This document shows positions 7,776-17,144 of a stretch of DNA of 39,998 bases, in pieces. The stretch lies in IMG/VR virus record IMGVR_UViG_3300035039_000082, positions 1 through 39,998 of that record. One strand, written 5' to 3'. The number at the start of each line of letters is the position of its first letter. The first letter of the stretch is position 1. The notes below the pieces were generated by a model. The model saw only the letters and a program-made list of their open reading frames with translations. It made no database searches and was not told the origin of the DNA. The stretch is from a virus. Made by a program: the position numbers and the translations under genes.

Positions 7776-8020
7776 AATATTTTGTACAATTTTTACATAT
7801 TAGAGAAAATGAACTTCATGAAAATTTAGGATCTGATGGAGTATTTATCCTTGATGGTAGAAATAATTTAAATACTATGAAGTGTGATGCACAAGAAAGA
7901 ATGTTTAAATTAAGAAATGTAAGTAAGATAGACGGATATAGAATTATGGAAGGTGAAAGATTTACAAACGCACAAATGAAATATCAATGGGTTCGTTCTG
8001 GTGCTAGACCTAATTTTTAA
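7772..8020 (+). CDS. Hypothetical protein (82 aa)
   Basis: ATGA overlap with the upstream stop. Confidence 0.8.
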   Translation: MKYFVQFLHIRENELHENLGSDGVFILDGRNNLNTMKCDAQERMFKLRNVSKIDGYRIMEGERFTNAQMKYQWVRSGARPNF

Positions 8021-8026
8021 TTTAAA

Positions 8027-8066
8027 AAGCGGCAAAATTTAGATTATTTATTGAATTTTGCCGCTT
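8027..8066. repeat. Inverted pair of the GCCGCTT motif forming a hairpin
   Basis: AAGCGGCAAAATT...AATTTTGCCGCTT; the same arrangement occurs at 18770-18806 and, degenerate, at 7130-7176. Confidence 0.85.
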
Positions 8067-8087
8067 CTAAAAAAAAAGGATAATAAA

Positions 8088-8507
8088 ATGGGAAAAGAAA
8101 ATAGTAGATTAGAGTTAGATGATAATTTAACTAGTATGATTATAAAATTATCTGATGGAAATCCGGGTGCAATTACAACATTAACAAATATTGTTAATGA
8201 CCCGATTATTATTGATAAAGATTCAAATTTTGACAATATTGGACCTTTACTTCAGTTAGATTCATTAAGAATTTATGGAACTAATATTTATATATTATAT
8301 AATTATAAATGTAATCGAGATAATCGTAAATTTCATTTATTAATGAGAGCTTGTCAATTAGGAATATTACCCGTTGATAAATTAAAAAAGTATTCAAATG
8401 ATAAATTAAATATTACTGAAGAAGAATGGGAAGATATTGATAAAAAAGTTTGTAGTTCATTAGATAATTTTATTACAAAAGAAGAGTATTATGAAAAAGA
8501 AAATTAA
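8088..8507 (+). CDS. Hypothetical protein with a GNPGA motif (start moved to ATG 8088)
   Basis: AAGGA RBS; KLSDGNPGAITTL. Confidence 0.8.
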   Translation: MGKENSRLELDDNLTSMIIKLSDGNPGAITTLTNIVNDPIIIDKDSNFDNIGPLLQLDSLRIYGTNIYILYNYKCNRDNRKFHLLMRACQLGILPVDKLKKYSNDKLNITEEEWEDIDKKVCSSLDNFITKEEYYEKEN

Positions 8508-8688
8508 AGACAGAGTTAAAAGAGATAATTTTGGTAAATGTATTATTTGTGGAGATACTTCAATAACATCTTCTGGTGATTGTTTTTATTGTAATTGGAA
8601 AGGAACAACTGGTCCAGGTGCTCTTTTAAGAGAAATTGTTAAACAAGAAAATGAAAGGATTGATATAAAAAATGATTCTAACAAATAA
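8491..8688 (+). CDS. Small CxxC...CxxC protein
   Basis: CIICG...CFYC. Confidence 0.65.
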   Translation: MKKKIKDRVKRDNFGKCIICGDTSITSSGDCFYCNWKGTTGPGALLREIVKQENERIDIKNDSNK

Positions 8689-9181
8689 ACAAGCCCATAT
8701 ATTAATAGCTATTTTACAGGATACATTAACTAAAAATAAAATGGATAATTTAAGATTTTCACATAAATTTAGAAATGATTTATTAAATGAGATAATTAAT
8801 CAACAAGGTGATAATTTAGAACAATCTGAAAATACTTCAAAAATTACAGAAGTATTTGAAATTTGTAATGCTTACGAATCTGGATTTGGTCATGGTTATC
8901 AAATGGATAATTTAATTAATCCATTTAAACCAGATTCTAAATTATATGAAGCATATGACATTGGATATCAAGAAGGTGAAGAAAGAAAAAAAGAAGATCT
9001 AAAAGATAAACAAGAAGATAATATATCAATATTTGCAGAATTAAAATCTAATATTCATCAAAATCATAATTCAAATTTTCATTTTGAAAGTTTAAATTGG
9101 AATACAAGAATTTGGATTAAAAAATTATGTGATATTATTGATGAAAGATTAGATAATAAAAAGAGAATAATATCAAATTAA
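8672..9181 (+). CDS. Hypothetical protein (169 aa)
   Basis: AAGGA RBS; AYESGF...NPF...AYDIGY. Confidence 0.75.
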   Translation: MILTNKQAHILIAILQDTLTKNKMDNLRFSHKFRNDLLNEIINQQGDNLEQSENTSKITEVFEICNAYESGFGHGYQMDNLINPFKPDSKLYEAYDIGYQEGEERKKEDLKDKQEDNISIFAELKSNIHQNHNSNFHFESLNWNTRIWIKKLCDIIDERLDNKKRIISN

Positions 9182-9343
9182 ATCGTAAAGATTATCGAAA
9201 ATTTATTAGACATCTTCGAGCATCTAATATGTATCAATATTTAAAATCTGGGTGTGATATAGGATGGTATGGTCATTTTATAAGTGTTTTAATTAACAAA
9301 GATAAAATTAATAGAGTTAAACAAAAAATGAAAGAAGAGATTT

Positions 9344-9799
9344 ATGAAAAAAAGATATAGTTATTATTTAGCTCGATCTTTAATAACAATAACAGGTGTG
9401 ATATTTATTACACAATTTATCTTTGAGTTTTTTGGTCTTGTAGATAGAAAGTCAGGATTTGAATGGGTTATTTATATTTGTGGAGCGGCATTTTTATTAT
9501 CTTTAATATATAGGTTAATATTAAATATTTTAAATTCAAGAATATCAACAGAAAGTTTAAAAGATGATTTAAAAGAAACTATAATGTCTGATGATTATTT
9601 AAAATATATTCCTTGTATTTATTGTTATTATTATAATCGTGGTAGAATGTGTCATCATTATAAATCAATTAAATATGTTGATATAATTACTGGTCAAAAA
9701 TTTTATTATGATTGTAAATATATGAGATCTAATTTATGTGAAGAAGATGCAAAATTATTTAAGACACGAAAATTATGGCAAAAATTATTTAAAGAATAA
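9344..9799 (+). CDS. Membrane protein (2 TM) with a C-terminal Cys-rich domain
   Basis: Two hydrophobic stretches; CIYC...C...CKYMR...CEEDAKLFK. Confidence 0.7.
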   Translation: MKKRYSYYLARSLITITGVIFITQFIFEFFGLVDRKSGFEWVIYICGAAFLLSLIYRLILNILNSRISTESLKDDLKETIMSDDYLKYIPCIYCYYYNRGRMCHHYKSIKYVDIITGQKFYYDCKYMRSNLCEEDAKLFKTRKLWQKLFKE

Positions 9800-9804
9800 T
9801 TTTA

Positions 9805-10002
9805 ATGGTTAATAAAAAATTATGTAAAGATTGTTATTATTATAAACATAAAACATTTAATAAAAATGTTTATTGTCTTTGTAAATATATGCAAAAAACT
9901 AATGTTTATTATACTTGTAATTATATGCGAGAAACTATTTGTGGAGAAGATGCAAAATTATTTAAGAAAAGAACATTATTGCAAAAATTATTAGGAACTT
10001 AA
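9805..10002 (+). CDS. Cys-rich small protein paralogous to the C-terminus of 9344..9799
   Basis: CKDC...CNYMRETICGEDAKLFKKR. Confidence 0.75.
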   Translation: MVNKKLCKDCYYYKHKTFNKNVYCLCKYMQKTNVYYTCNYMRETICGEDAKLFKKRTLLQKLLGT

Positions 10003-10006
10003 AAAA

Positions 10007-10210
10007 TTGTTAGATTTTAAAGATTCTCCACTTGGAGATTTTGCAATGAGATATAAACGAAGAACTAATTTTATTAATAAATTTAATAATTTTTGGATGT
10101 GGTCAGAACCTAATAATTTAGATCTATGGAAATCTGTTTACAAATCTAATCCATTTGATGATGGAGATGTTTCAGTTGTAGAGTTTATGAAGGTTCAATT
10201 AAAAAAGTAA
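10007..10210 (+). CDS. Hypothetical protein (67 aa)
   Basis: AGGA before a TTG start. Confidence 0.6.
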   Translation: MLDFKDSPLGDFAMRYKRRTNFINKFNNFWMWSEPNNLDLWKSVYKSNPFDDGDVSVVEFMKVQLKK

Positions 10211-10229
10211 AATTGTTTAAGGAGAAATA

Positions 10230-10472
10230 ATGGTAGATGAAAATAAAGAAATTGATTATAAAAAATTCTATAAAGAAAATAGAATTCCTTTATTACAATA
10301 TAAAAATCTAAGAGAAAATTTCAATACATTAATCGATAATGTTCTTGGTAAAGATTATTATAATTTGGGTATGGATATTTATGAATGTGATAGAATTAGT
10401 TGTGAGGATATTTCAAGAAAAGCGAATGAATCATTATTAACTAAATTATTTAGAAAATGTAAAATTATTTAA
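10230..10472 (+). CDS. Hypothetical protein (80 aa)
   Basis: AAGGAG RBS. Confidence 0.8.
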   Translation: MVDENKEIDYKKFYKENRIPLLQYKNLRENFNTLIDNVLGKDYYNLGMDIYECDRISCEDISRKANESLLTKLFRKCKII

Positions 10473-10593
10473 GATTATATTTTGGTTTTTTCATATTCTC
10501 AACTTTTATATATAAATTATTATTTTGTAAGATGTTTTAAAAAGAAAAATAATTTCATCAGAATTAATTTTTTGATGGAATTTTGAAAATTTT

Positions 10594-10932
10594 GCCTGCT
10601 TGGTGGAACTGGTATACACGTGAGACTTATTGATTTGAGCACATATATAGGAAACATATATGTGAATGTTGTCAAATTCGGGGAAACCTTAACAGATAAT
10701 GCTGATGGCAATCCCGAGCCAAGCCTAAAATATAATTATTTTAGGAAGGTGTAGAGACTAGACGGCAACTTCCTAAGTATCTTAGATTTATTATAAATCT
10801 TATATGATATATGGAAAAGGGATAGTCCAGACCACAAATTATTATATTATTTGATAAGCAGTGAAAACTGTAGTGGTAAGAAAATCTCATGGCTGCAAAG
10901 CCTTCCGAATTCAAATTTCGGAGCAGGCACCA
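10594..10932 (+). tRNA. trnL-UAA: tRNA-Leu(UAA), split: exon 1 10594-10628, exon 2 10881-10932
   Basis: Acceptor GCCTGCT/AGCAGGC-A-CCA; anticodon stem TGAGA/TCTCA with loop CTT^AAAA after splicing; long variable arm GGCT-GCAA-AGCC; T arm CCGAA-TTCAAAT-TTCGG. Confidence 0.9.
10629..10880 (+). mobile_element. Group I self-splicing intron (252 nt, no ORF) in the tRNA-Leu anticodon
   Basis: 5' exon ends in U and pairs with GAG (P1, U.G). Core AAATTCGGGGAAACC, GGCAATCCCGAGCCAA, GGTGTAGAGACTA. P7 GACTA(10756)/TAGTC(10823). Terminal G at 10880. Resembles the cyanobacterial/plastid trnL intron. Confidence 0.9.
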
Positions 10933-10940
10933 ATTTAATT

Positions 10941-10980
10941 AATCTATGCGTAATTGTATAAAAACAATTACGCATAGATT
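10941..10980 (+). terminator. 17-bp hairpin after tRNA-Leu
   Basis: AATCTATGCGTAATTGT-ATAAAA-ACAATTACGCATAGATT then a T run. Confidence 0.75.
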
Positions 10981-11098
10981 TAAATTTTTTTGTAATAATT
11001 TATTTTGTTTAATATTCTAAAATTTTATATATAAATATTAATAATATTGAAAACCGTTGTGGTTTTGTAAGAGTATAATATTTATAGGAGTATTTTTT

Positions 11099-11824
11099 AT
11101 GTTAAGTACAAAATTAGAAGATTATTCCCATTGTAATTTGATGGGATATGATTTAAAAACTTTACATCGATTATGGAGTAAAGTTATTATTCCAATTAAT
11201 TATGAAAATGATTGTTGGATTTGGACAGCTTCAACAAATAAAGATGGGTATGGAAATTTTTCAATAAAAGGTAAAAATTATATTGCTCATAGAATTACAT
11301 ATCAATGTTATAATGGTCCTATTTTGGATAATAATTTATTAATTAGACATTCATGTGATGTACCCGGTTGTGTAAGTCCTTATCATTTAAAAACAGGGAC
11401 AGATTATGATAATAAACATGATGCCATAAATCGCGGAAGACATGCTTATGGTGAAAAACATGGTGGGGCTATATTAACTGAAGATAATGTTAAAGATATT
11501 TTAAATTATCTTTGGGAAGGTAATATTTCTTGTGCAAAATTAGGTAAAATATATAATATTAGTTATACTACTATATATGATATAATTAAAGGTAAAACTT
11601 GGAAAAAAATTTACAATCAATTATCAGAAGTTCAAAAAGAAAAAATTGGGTTTAATATTAAAAATAATAATGGTAATCCAAAATTAAATGAAAATGATGT
11701 TATAAAAATAAGAGAATTGTATAACTCATCTAATATGAAAATAATAGATTTATCAAAAAAATTTAATGTTTATAGACTTACTATATCTAATATTGTTAAT
11801 CGAAAATCTTGGAAACATATTTAA
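11099..11824 (+). CDS. Free-standing HNH homing endonuclease with C-terminal HTH repeats (start moved to ATG 11099)
   Basis: CWIWT..DGYG..AHR..HSCDVPGCVSPYHLKTGT..DNKHD; AGGAG RBS. Confidence 0.9.
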   Translation: MLSTKLEDYSHCNLMGYDLKTLHRLWSKVIIPINYENDCWIWTASTNKDGYGNFSIKGKNYIAHRITYQCYNGPILDNNLLIRHSCDVPGCVSPYHLKTGTDYDNKHDAINRGRHAYGEKHGGAILTEDNVKDILNYLWEGNISCAKLGKIYNISYTTIYDIIKGKTWKKIYNQLSEVQKEKIGFNIKNNNGNPKLNENDVIKIRELYNSSNMKIIDLSKKFNVYRLTISNIVNRKSWKHI

Positions 11825-11836
11825 AAAACAAAATAT

Positions 11837-11913
11837 AGCCCCATAGCCAAATCTGGTAAGGCATCTGACTTTGACTCAGAGTATTGCTAGTTCAAATCTA
11901 GCTGGGGCTGCCA
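11837..11913 (+). tRNA. trnQ-UUG: tRNA-Gln(UUG)
   Basis: AGCCCCA/TGGGGCT-G-CCA; TCTGA-CTTTGAC-TCAGA; GCTAG-TTCAAAT-CTAGC. Confidence 0.95.
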
Positions 11914-11923
11914 TCTTTAAAAT

Positions 11924-11998
11924 GCCCGTATAGCTCAGTAGAAGAGCCACCGGCTCATAACCGGTCGGTCCTAAGTTCAATTCTTAGTGCGGGCACCA
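11924..11998 (+). tRNA. tRNA with CAU anticodon (elongator Met or Ile2)
   Basis: GCCCGTA/TGCGGGC-A-CCA; ACCGG-CTCATAA-CCGGT; CTAAG-TTCAATT-CTTAG; D loop lacks the usual GG. Confidence 0.85.
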
Positions 11999-12083
11999 TC
12001 GACTAAATGGAGAATTCATATAGATGTAACGTCCTATTTTGATGGAGGATGTTGTGATTTTCGTGATCTCCGCTAATTAATTT

Positions 12084-12160
12084 CGGGATATAGCGCAGTC
12101 TGGTAGCGCTCTTGCTTTGGGAGCAAGATGTCGTAAGTTCGAATCTTACTATCCCGACCA
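12084..12160 (+). tRNA. trnP-UGG: tRNA-Pro(UGG)
   Basis: CGGGATA/TATCCCG-A-CCA; CTTGC-TTTGGGA-GCAAG; bacterial-type C1-G72/A73. Confidence 0.95.
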
Positions 12161-12373
12161 TCAACTAAATGGTTCTTTAAATGATTAATATAAAATAATC
12201 GTTTTTAGAACCATTTTTAATTTTTTTAATATTCTTTAATTATATATATAAATAATTAAAATAATGTCTTTTATTTTAATATAAAAAGAAAAAGGATAAA
12301 ATATTATGTTTATATTTTTTGAAAAAGATATCTTCTAAATGTTTTAATTTTAACATTTAGAGGAGGTAGTAAA

Positions 12374-12670
12374 ATGTATAAGTATAAAGATATTGTTTCT
12401 TATAATATTTATTGGTCATGTTTAGGTCGTCGAAATATTCAATATAGATTTCGTTTCGATCCTGTTCCAGGTATTAGTAATTATAATAGTCTTGGAAAAT
12501 ATTTTAAAAAACCAAGAATAACACAAGAAAGAAGAAAATCTTTTGAATATCCTGAATTAATTAGACCAAAAAGAAGAGCAACATTACTTCCAGATCCATG
12601 GGATGATGTTTATATTGATCGTCCTAAAAGATCTTGGAAACGAACAAAGAAAAAGAAACAATGGATGTAA
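12374..12670 (+). CDS. Basic hypothetical protein (98 aa)
   Basis: AGGAGG RBS; LPDPWDD...RSWKR..KKKQW. Confidence 0.8.
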   Translation: MYKYKDIVSYNIYWSCLGRRNIQYRFRFDPVPGISNYNSLGKYFKKPRITQERRKSFEYPELIRPKRRATLLPDPWDDVYIDRPKRSWKRTKKKKQWM

Positions 12671-12740
12671 TTTTAAAATAATGTGCAATTTTAATTTTTT
12701 AAAGTTGCACATTATTTTAATTTTAAAAAGAAGGATACTG

Positions 12741-13697
12741 ATGTATGAGTTAAATAAAATCCAGCCAATCTTATATCATTTAGAACATATTTCTAATATA
12801 TTTACAGATAAAGGGTCACATTATATGTTGTTTTGTCCTTTCTGTAATGACGCAACTCGAAAAAATAATCCAACACATGGTCATTGTTATGTAAGTAAAA
12901 ATCTTCCTGTATATTATTGCCACAGATGTGGAAGCGCAGGAACAATTCTCAAACTTTTAATATTTACAGGATTCGAAGATCAAGATACAATTGATTATTT
13001 AAAATCGTTCATGAAGTACAATTTTGTGAAAGATTATTTATATTTGATTCCAAAAATTAAATATGATAAATTATCGTTATTAAATAATATTAATAAAAGA
13101 ATTAAATCTGTAAATCAAAAAGATCTTTCTATTTTTAATAATTATTTAAGTTTAAGATTAGGAAATATTAATTATTCTAAATTTTTATTATACCCATTAT
13201 ATATTAATCCAACTGAAGAAAGAGATTCTTCTTATAAAGTCTTTTCAGTTGGATTTAATAATTCAATGAATGAATTTTGTGGAGCTAGATTGATTAATCA
13301 ACTCGGCAAGATTCGGTATAAAAAAGAAAAAAGTTGGTATTTCTTTCAACCTTTTAAATTTCAAAATATTAAGAATATTATTTTGAGTGAAGGAATGTTT
13401 GATATTTTAAATATATTTTTATATGGAAATTACTTTACTAAAAATAATAGTTTTTATATGTCTATTTCCGGCAAAAATTATATGTCAGTTATAGAATCTT
13501 TAATTTTTCAAGAATTATTAATAGGTAAATATGATATTCATATTATTTTAGATTCAGATAATAAATATTTAAAATATTTAAAATTTATGATATTGAAATT
13601 AGTAAAACCATTAAATAACGATATTAATATTTTTGTTTGGAAACCAATTGATGGATTAAAAGACACAGGAGAGTATCCATTGATAGAAGAAATTTAG
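12741..13697 (+). CDS. DnaG-type/T4 gp61-like DNA primase (start moved to ATG 12741)
   Basis: Zn finger CPFC...H...YCHRCG; TOPRIM EGMFD, LDSD, KDTGE. Confidence 0.75.
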   Translation: MYELNKIQPILYHLEHISNIFTDKGSHYMLFCPFCNDATRKNNPTHGHCYVSKNLPVYYCHRCGSAGTILKLLIFTGFEDQDTIDYLKSFMKYNFVKDYLYLIPKIKYDKLSLLNNINKRIKSVNQKDLSIFNNYLSLRLGNINYSKFLLYPLYINPTEERDSSYKVFSVGFNNSMNEFCGARLINQLGKIRYKKEKSWYFFQPFKFQNIKNIILSEGMFDILNIFLYGNYFTKNNSFYMSISGKNYMSVIESLIFQELLIGKYDIHIILDSDNKYLKYLKFMILKLVKPLNNDINIFVWKPIDGLKDTGEYPLIEEI

Positions 13698-13717
13698 GAG
13701 GTTATAAAAGGAATATA

Positions 13718-14680
13718 ATGGATTTTGTAAACGATTTATTTATAACTATTCCAAGAGACAAATTAGATATTAAGAAGTTTACTTATATTATTTTAAAAAA
13801 ATTATCTTTAGGTCAATTAGTTAAAAATATTAATCTTGGAAGTTATTATATTGATTTTACATTTGTTGCGAAAGATAGTGAATATAAATATGATTATCTT
13901 TCTCCAAATAAAAAAAATATAATAGATTTAATAAATATTAAATTTTTTGACAGTAATCCAGAATCTGCAGAAACAATTCAATTTAAATTATGTAAAATCG
14001 GTGTAGAATTAATACAATTAGATTTTAAATTTACTAATGTTAGTAAACTATTAGAAGAAAATATAGATAAATATAAAAATTATTTATTTGATAATGAAAA
14101 TTTTAATTTGTCATATAATTTAACTAAAAGATTTCATGTAAATGTACCGAATCAAAATAGGGATATTTTTATTTTAGATGATCCTTATTTTGATCAAAAA
14201 ATAGGTCAATTGATGAATTCATTTGTATTTTATACAGAACAGCAAAATGATTTTATATCATTTATTCATAATTTAGATAGTAATGTAAGATATATTACTA
14301 AATTAAAAAAGAATAATGATATTAGTTTATCTATGTGTAATAAATTCAGATCTAAAATATCATTTTTTGATAAAGAAATTAATTTGCCGCTTCAAAAAAA
14401 CATAATTACAGTAATTAACTTTCTCAAAGAAATTACATATGTTATGAAAATGAATAATTTAAAAGATTTTAAATTACAAGGAAGTTTTTTTAATATTACT
14501 ATTCATAAATCATTTCAAGTTTATTTAAATGGATTTTTAATGTTTAAAGAAAAGAATTTAGATAAATTTAAATATCTATTTCATCCAGGATTTTACTTCT
14601 TTGTCAAATATTTAGAAGATACTAATAATATTGATACAGTTAATTTAAATATCCAAAAGGCTCTCTTTAAAAATGTCTAG
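13718..14680 (+). CDS. Hypothetical protein (320 aa)
   Basis: Long ORF with RBS. Confidence 0.8.
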   Translation: MDFVNDLFITIPRDKLDIKKFTYIILKKLSLGQLVKNINLGSYYIDFTFVAKDSEYKYDYLSPNKKNIIDLINIKFFDSNPESAETIQFKLCKIGVELIQLDFKFTNVSKLLEENIDKYKNYLFDNENFNLSYNLTKRFHVNVPNQNRDIFILDDPYFDQKIGQLMNSFVFYTEQQNDFISFIHNLDSNVRYITKLKKNNDISLSMCNKFRSKISFFDKEINLPLQKNIITVINFLKEITYVMKMNNLKDFKLQGSFFNITIHKSFQVYLNGFLMFKEKNLDKFKYLFHPGFYFFVKYLEDTNNIDTVNLNIQKALFKNV

Positions 14681-15443
14681 TTTTGAAATAGATTTAAATG
14701 ATAATTATTTACAAGAAAATATTAACGAAAGATTATATCGAAATATAATAGAATATCATGATGATATTGATAAAGTAGAATATTTTGAAGGCGAACAAAA
14801 ATATATTGTTCATACTAAAAGTAATTATAAAAGTAGAGATAAAGATATATTTATTGGTAAACATTTTAAAATTAACCATGACAAAAAACATTTTTATCGT
14901 TATAATTATTTTGAATTTGAAATTAGTGATTTTTTAAGAGATAATTTTATTAAAAACAAAATGTCAATGTTATACAATTTCATTACAGATCAAAATATTA
15001 ATAAAATTATAGTAAGATCCGTAGATGATATTAAAATAGGCTTTTATAAAAATGTTATAAGTAATTATGTATCAGATTTATTAGATAACTCTTATTTTTC
15101 TGATAATATTATTGACACTATTATTATATTAGGATTAATTAAAAAATTAAATAATGATGAAATTAAAGAAATTTATTATGATATTTCAATTAATAATAAT
15201 TTTATGACAAATTTGATAAGAATATTTGAAAAACAAGATATGTCATTATTTAAAATAGATGAAATTATATATGATAAATTATATGAAGTTAAAAATTTAC
15301 CAACATTAACTATATTTAAAAATATAATATTTACAGATCATAATTCTAAATTTTATAAAAATTTATATGAATTTAAATTCGTATATACATTTATAAATTT
15401 AATAGCAAATACAATTCAATATAATCAAAAGGAGAAATTTTGA
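14673..15443 (+). CDS. Hypothetical protein (256 aa)
   Basis: Coupled ORF. Confidence 0.8.
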   Translation: MSSFEIDLNDNYLQENINERLYRNIIEYHDDIDKVEYFEGEQKYIVHTKSNYKSRDKDIFIGKHFKINHDKKHFYRYNYFEFEISDFLRDNFIKNKMSMLYNFITDQNINKIIVRSVDDIKIGFYKNVISNYVSDLLDNSYFSDNIIDTIIILGLIKKLNNDEIKEIYYDISINNNFMTNLIRIFEKQDMSLFKIDEIIYDKLYEVKNLPTLTIFKNIIFTDHNSKFYKNLYEFKFVYTFINLIANTIQYNQKEKF

Positions 15444-16867
15444 AAGTAAGTATTCCTTGTTTATATGCTGATTATGGAAGATATATTGATGCATTTCGTG
15501 GTATTCCTTCTTGTATAGATAGTTTAAAATTATCACAAAGAAGATCTTTATTAAGTCTTTTTGATGTTACTAAAGCAACTAAGAAGGTGAAAGCTGCGAG
15601 AGTAGTTGGTCATATTATTGGTTTTTATCATCCTCATGGTGACGTTTCCGCCTATATGACAGTTAAAGTTTTAGTTTGGCAAAACTATGCTGAAGGTCAA
15701 GGTAATTGGGGAGCTAGAAATTTAAAAGAAGATGATTCTCCGGCAGCAATGCGATATACTGAATGTAAATTAAAATCTTGGGTAAAAGATTTAGTATTCA
15801 AATATCATAAATTTGTACCTTGGGATAATTTTGAATTAGAAGATGAACCTTTATATTTACCTTGTATTGTACCAATTGGATTAATTGGATATGATAATAT
15901 TTCAGGTGGAGGTTTTCATAGAACTTTAATTCCTAAATATTCTTTAGAATCACTTTTAATTAGATTAAAATGGTTAATAGAAAATTGGGAAAATAGACCA
16001 GAATTTAAAGAAGGATTAGATCAATATTCAGAAGAAAAATATGGCCCACAAATTACTCCAAATTTTAGAGATTGTGTAGCTAAAGAAAATCTTCCTGGTG
16101 AATTTTATAAATTATTATATAACGGTCAAGGAGATATAAGAGCTATTCCAAATGGAACAATTCAAAATGGAAAATTATATGTTCTTGGAAAAGCTCCTAC
16201 TTTTAAGACTACTGCTATTGAAAGAGATATTGATAATAAATCTTTAGATGTCAAAATATTTAAAGAATTATCTGCGGACAAAAATAATCCATATTATATA
16301 TGTGGTGAATTTACTCCGAAGAATAAAAAAGTAGATCTTAAAGAATTATATAAAAAACTTTGGACAAAATATTTTATAAAGAATTTTAAATACACTTGTT
16401 ATTTTGTAAAAGATGAAATTCCTGAAATTATGGGAATTGATAATGTATTAGTAAATAATTATATTGCTTATATAAATGCAATTGAAAAATATCGAATAAT
16501 GATTTGTGAAAAATTAATTGAGAAATATTTCAATACAAGTTTAATATTAATTATTAAAGATATTATAACAAATTATAATTGTAATAAAGTTGACGATATC
16601 ATTGCTGTATTTCAAAGTAATAATATTCCAACTATTAAACAAGAGTATTATGAAAATTCTGTTTGGAAAGATAAAGATATTATAGTTACAGAAGATATGG
16701 TTAGAGATATTTGTAATACTAAAAGTATTAAACAGTTAGTTGAAGTTAAAAATGATATCCCTATTATTATAAATAATATTCAAGATGCTAAAACTGCAAT
16801 AGTGAATGTCCAAAATGATTGTTATAATGAAATTTGTGATATGATTAATAATCCGATTAAAATGTAA
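15440..16867 (+). CDS. Type IIA topoisomerase subunit A (GyrA/ParC-like breakage-reunion domain, no C-terminal pinwheel)
   Basis: DSLKLSQRR, K(A)ARVVG, YHPHGD, GQGNWG, AAMRYTE (catalytic Tyr). Confidence 0.92.
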   Translation: MKVSIPCLYADYGRYIDAFRGIPSCIDSLKLSQRRSLLSLFDVTKATKKVKAARVVGHIIGFYHPHGDVSAYMTVKVLVWQNYAEGQGNWGARNLKEDDSPAAMRYTECKLKSWVKDLVFKYHKFVPWDNFELEDEPLYLPCIVPIGLIGYDNISGGGFHRTLIPKYSLESLLIRLKWLIENWENRPEFKEGLDQYSEEKYGPQITPNFRDCVAKENLPGEFYKLLYNGQGDIRAIPNGTIQNGKLYVLGKAPTFKTTAIERDIDNKSLDVKIFKELSADKNNPYYICGEFTPKNKKVDLKELYKKLWTKYFIKNFKYTCYFVKDEIPEIMGIDNVLVNNYIAYINAIEKYRIMICEKLIEKYFNTSLILIIKDIITNYNCNKVDDIIAVFQSNNIPTIKQEYYENSVWKDKDIIVTEDMVRDICNTKSIKQLVEVKNDIPIIINNIQDAKTAIVNVQNDCYNEICDMINNPIKM

Positions 16868-16883
16868 AAGGAGAAAAATAAAT

Positions 16884-17144
16884 ATGAGTCAATTTACTTC
16901 AATTAAAGCAGAAAATAAAGACAAAATCGGTGCAACATCTCATCAAGAACTTCTATTGATTGGGGAAGATTATTTAGATGAAACAATTGATGAAACTTTA
17001 GAAATTATTAAAGGACGAGGTATGATGGAAATTAAAAAACATCAATTAAAAATTATAATGGATATAATTATATCTAATATAATTGATAGATTTATTAATA
17101 CTCAAATTAAATGTAAAAATCAATTCAGTTCAAGATATAAATAA
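16884..17144 (+). CDS. Hypothetical protein (86 aa)
   Basis: AAGGAG RBS. Confidence 0.7.
   Translation: MSQFTSIKAENKDKIGATSHQELLLIGEDYLDETIDETLEIIKGRGMMEIKKHQLKIIMDIIISNIIDRFINTQIKCKNQFSSRYK

Noticed and set aside
10520-10711. 63-aa minus-strand ORF
   Set aside because: Overlaps tRNA-Leu exon 1 and the intron core
12603-12740. N-terminal extension of the primase in the ORF track
   Set aside because: Overlaps the previous gene and a hairpin; the RBS supports ATG 12741
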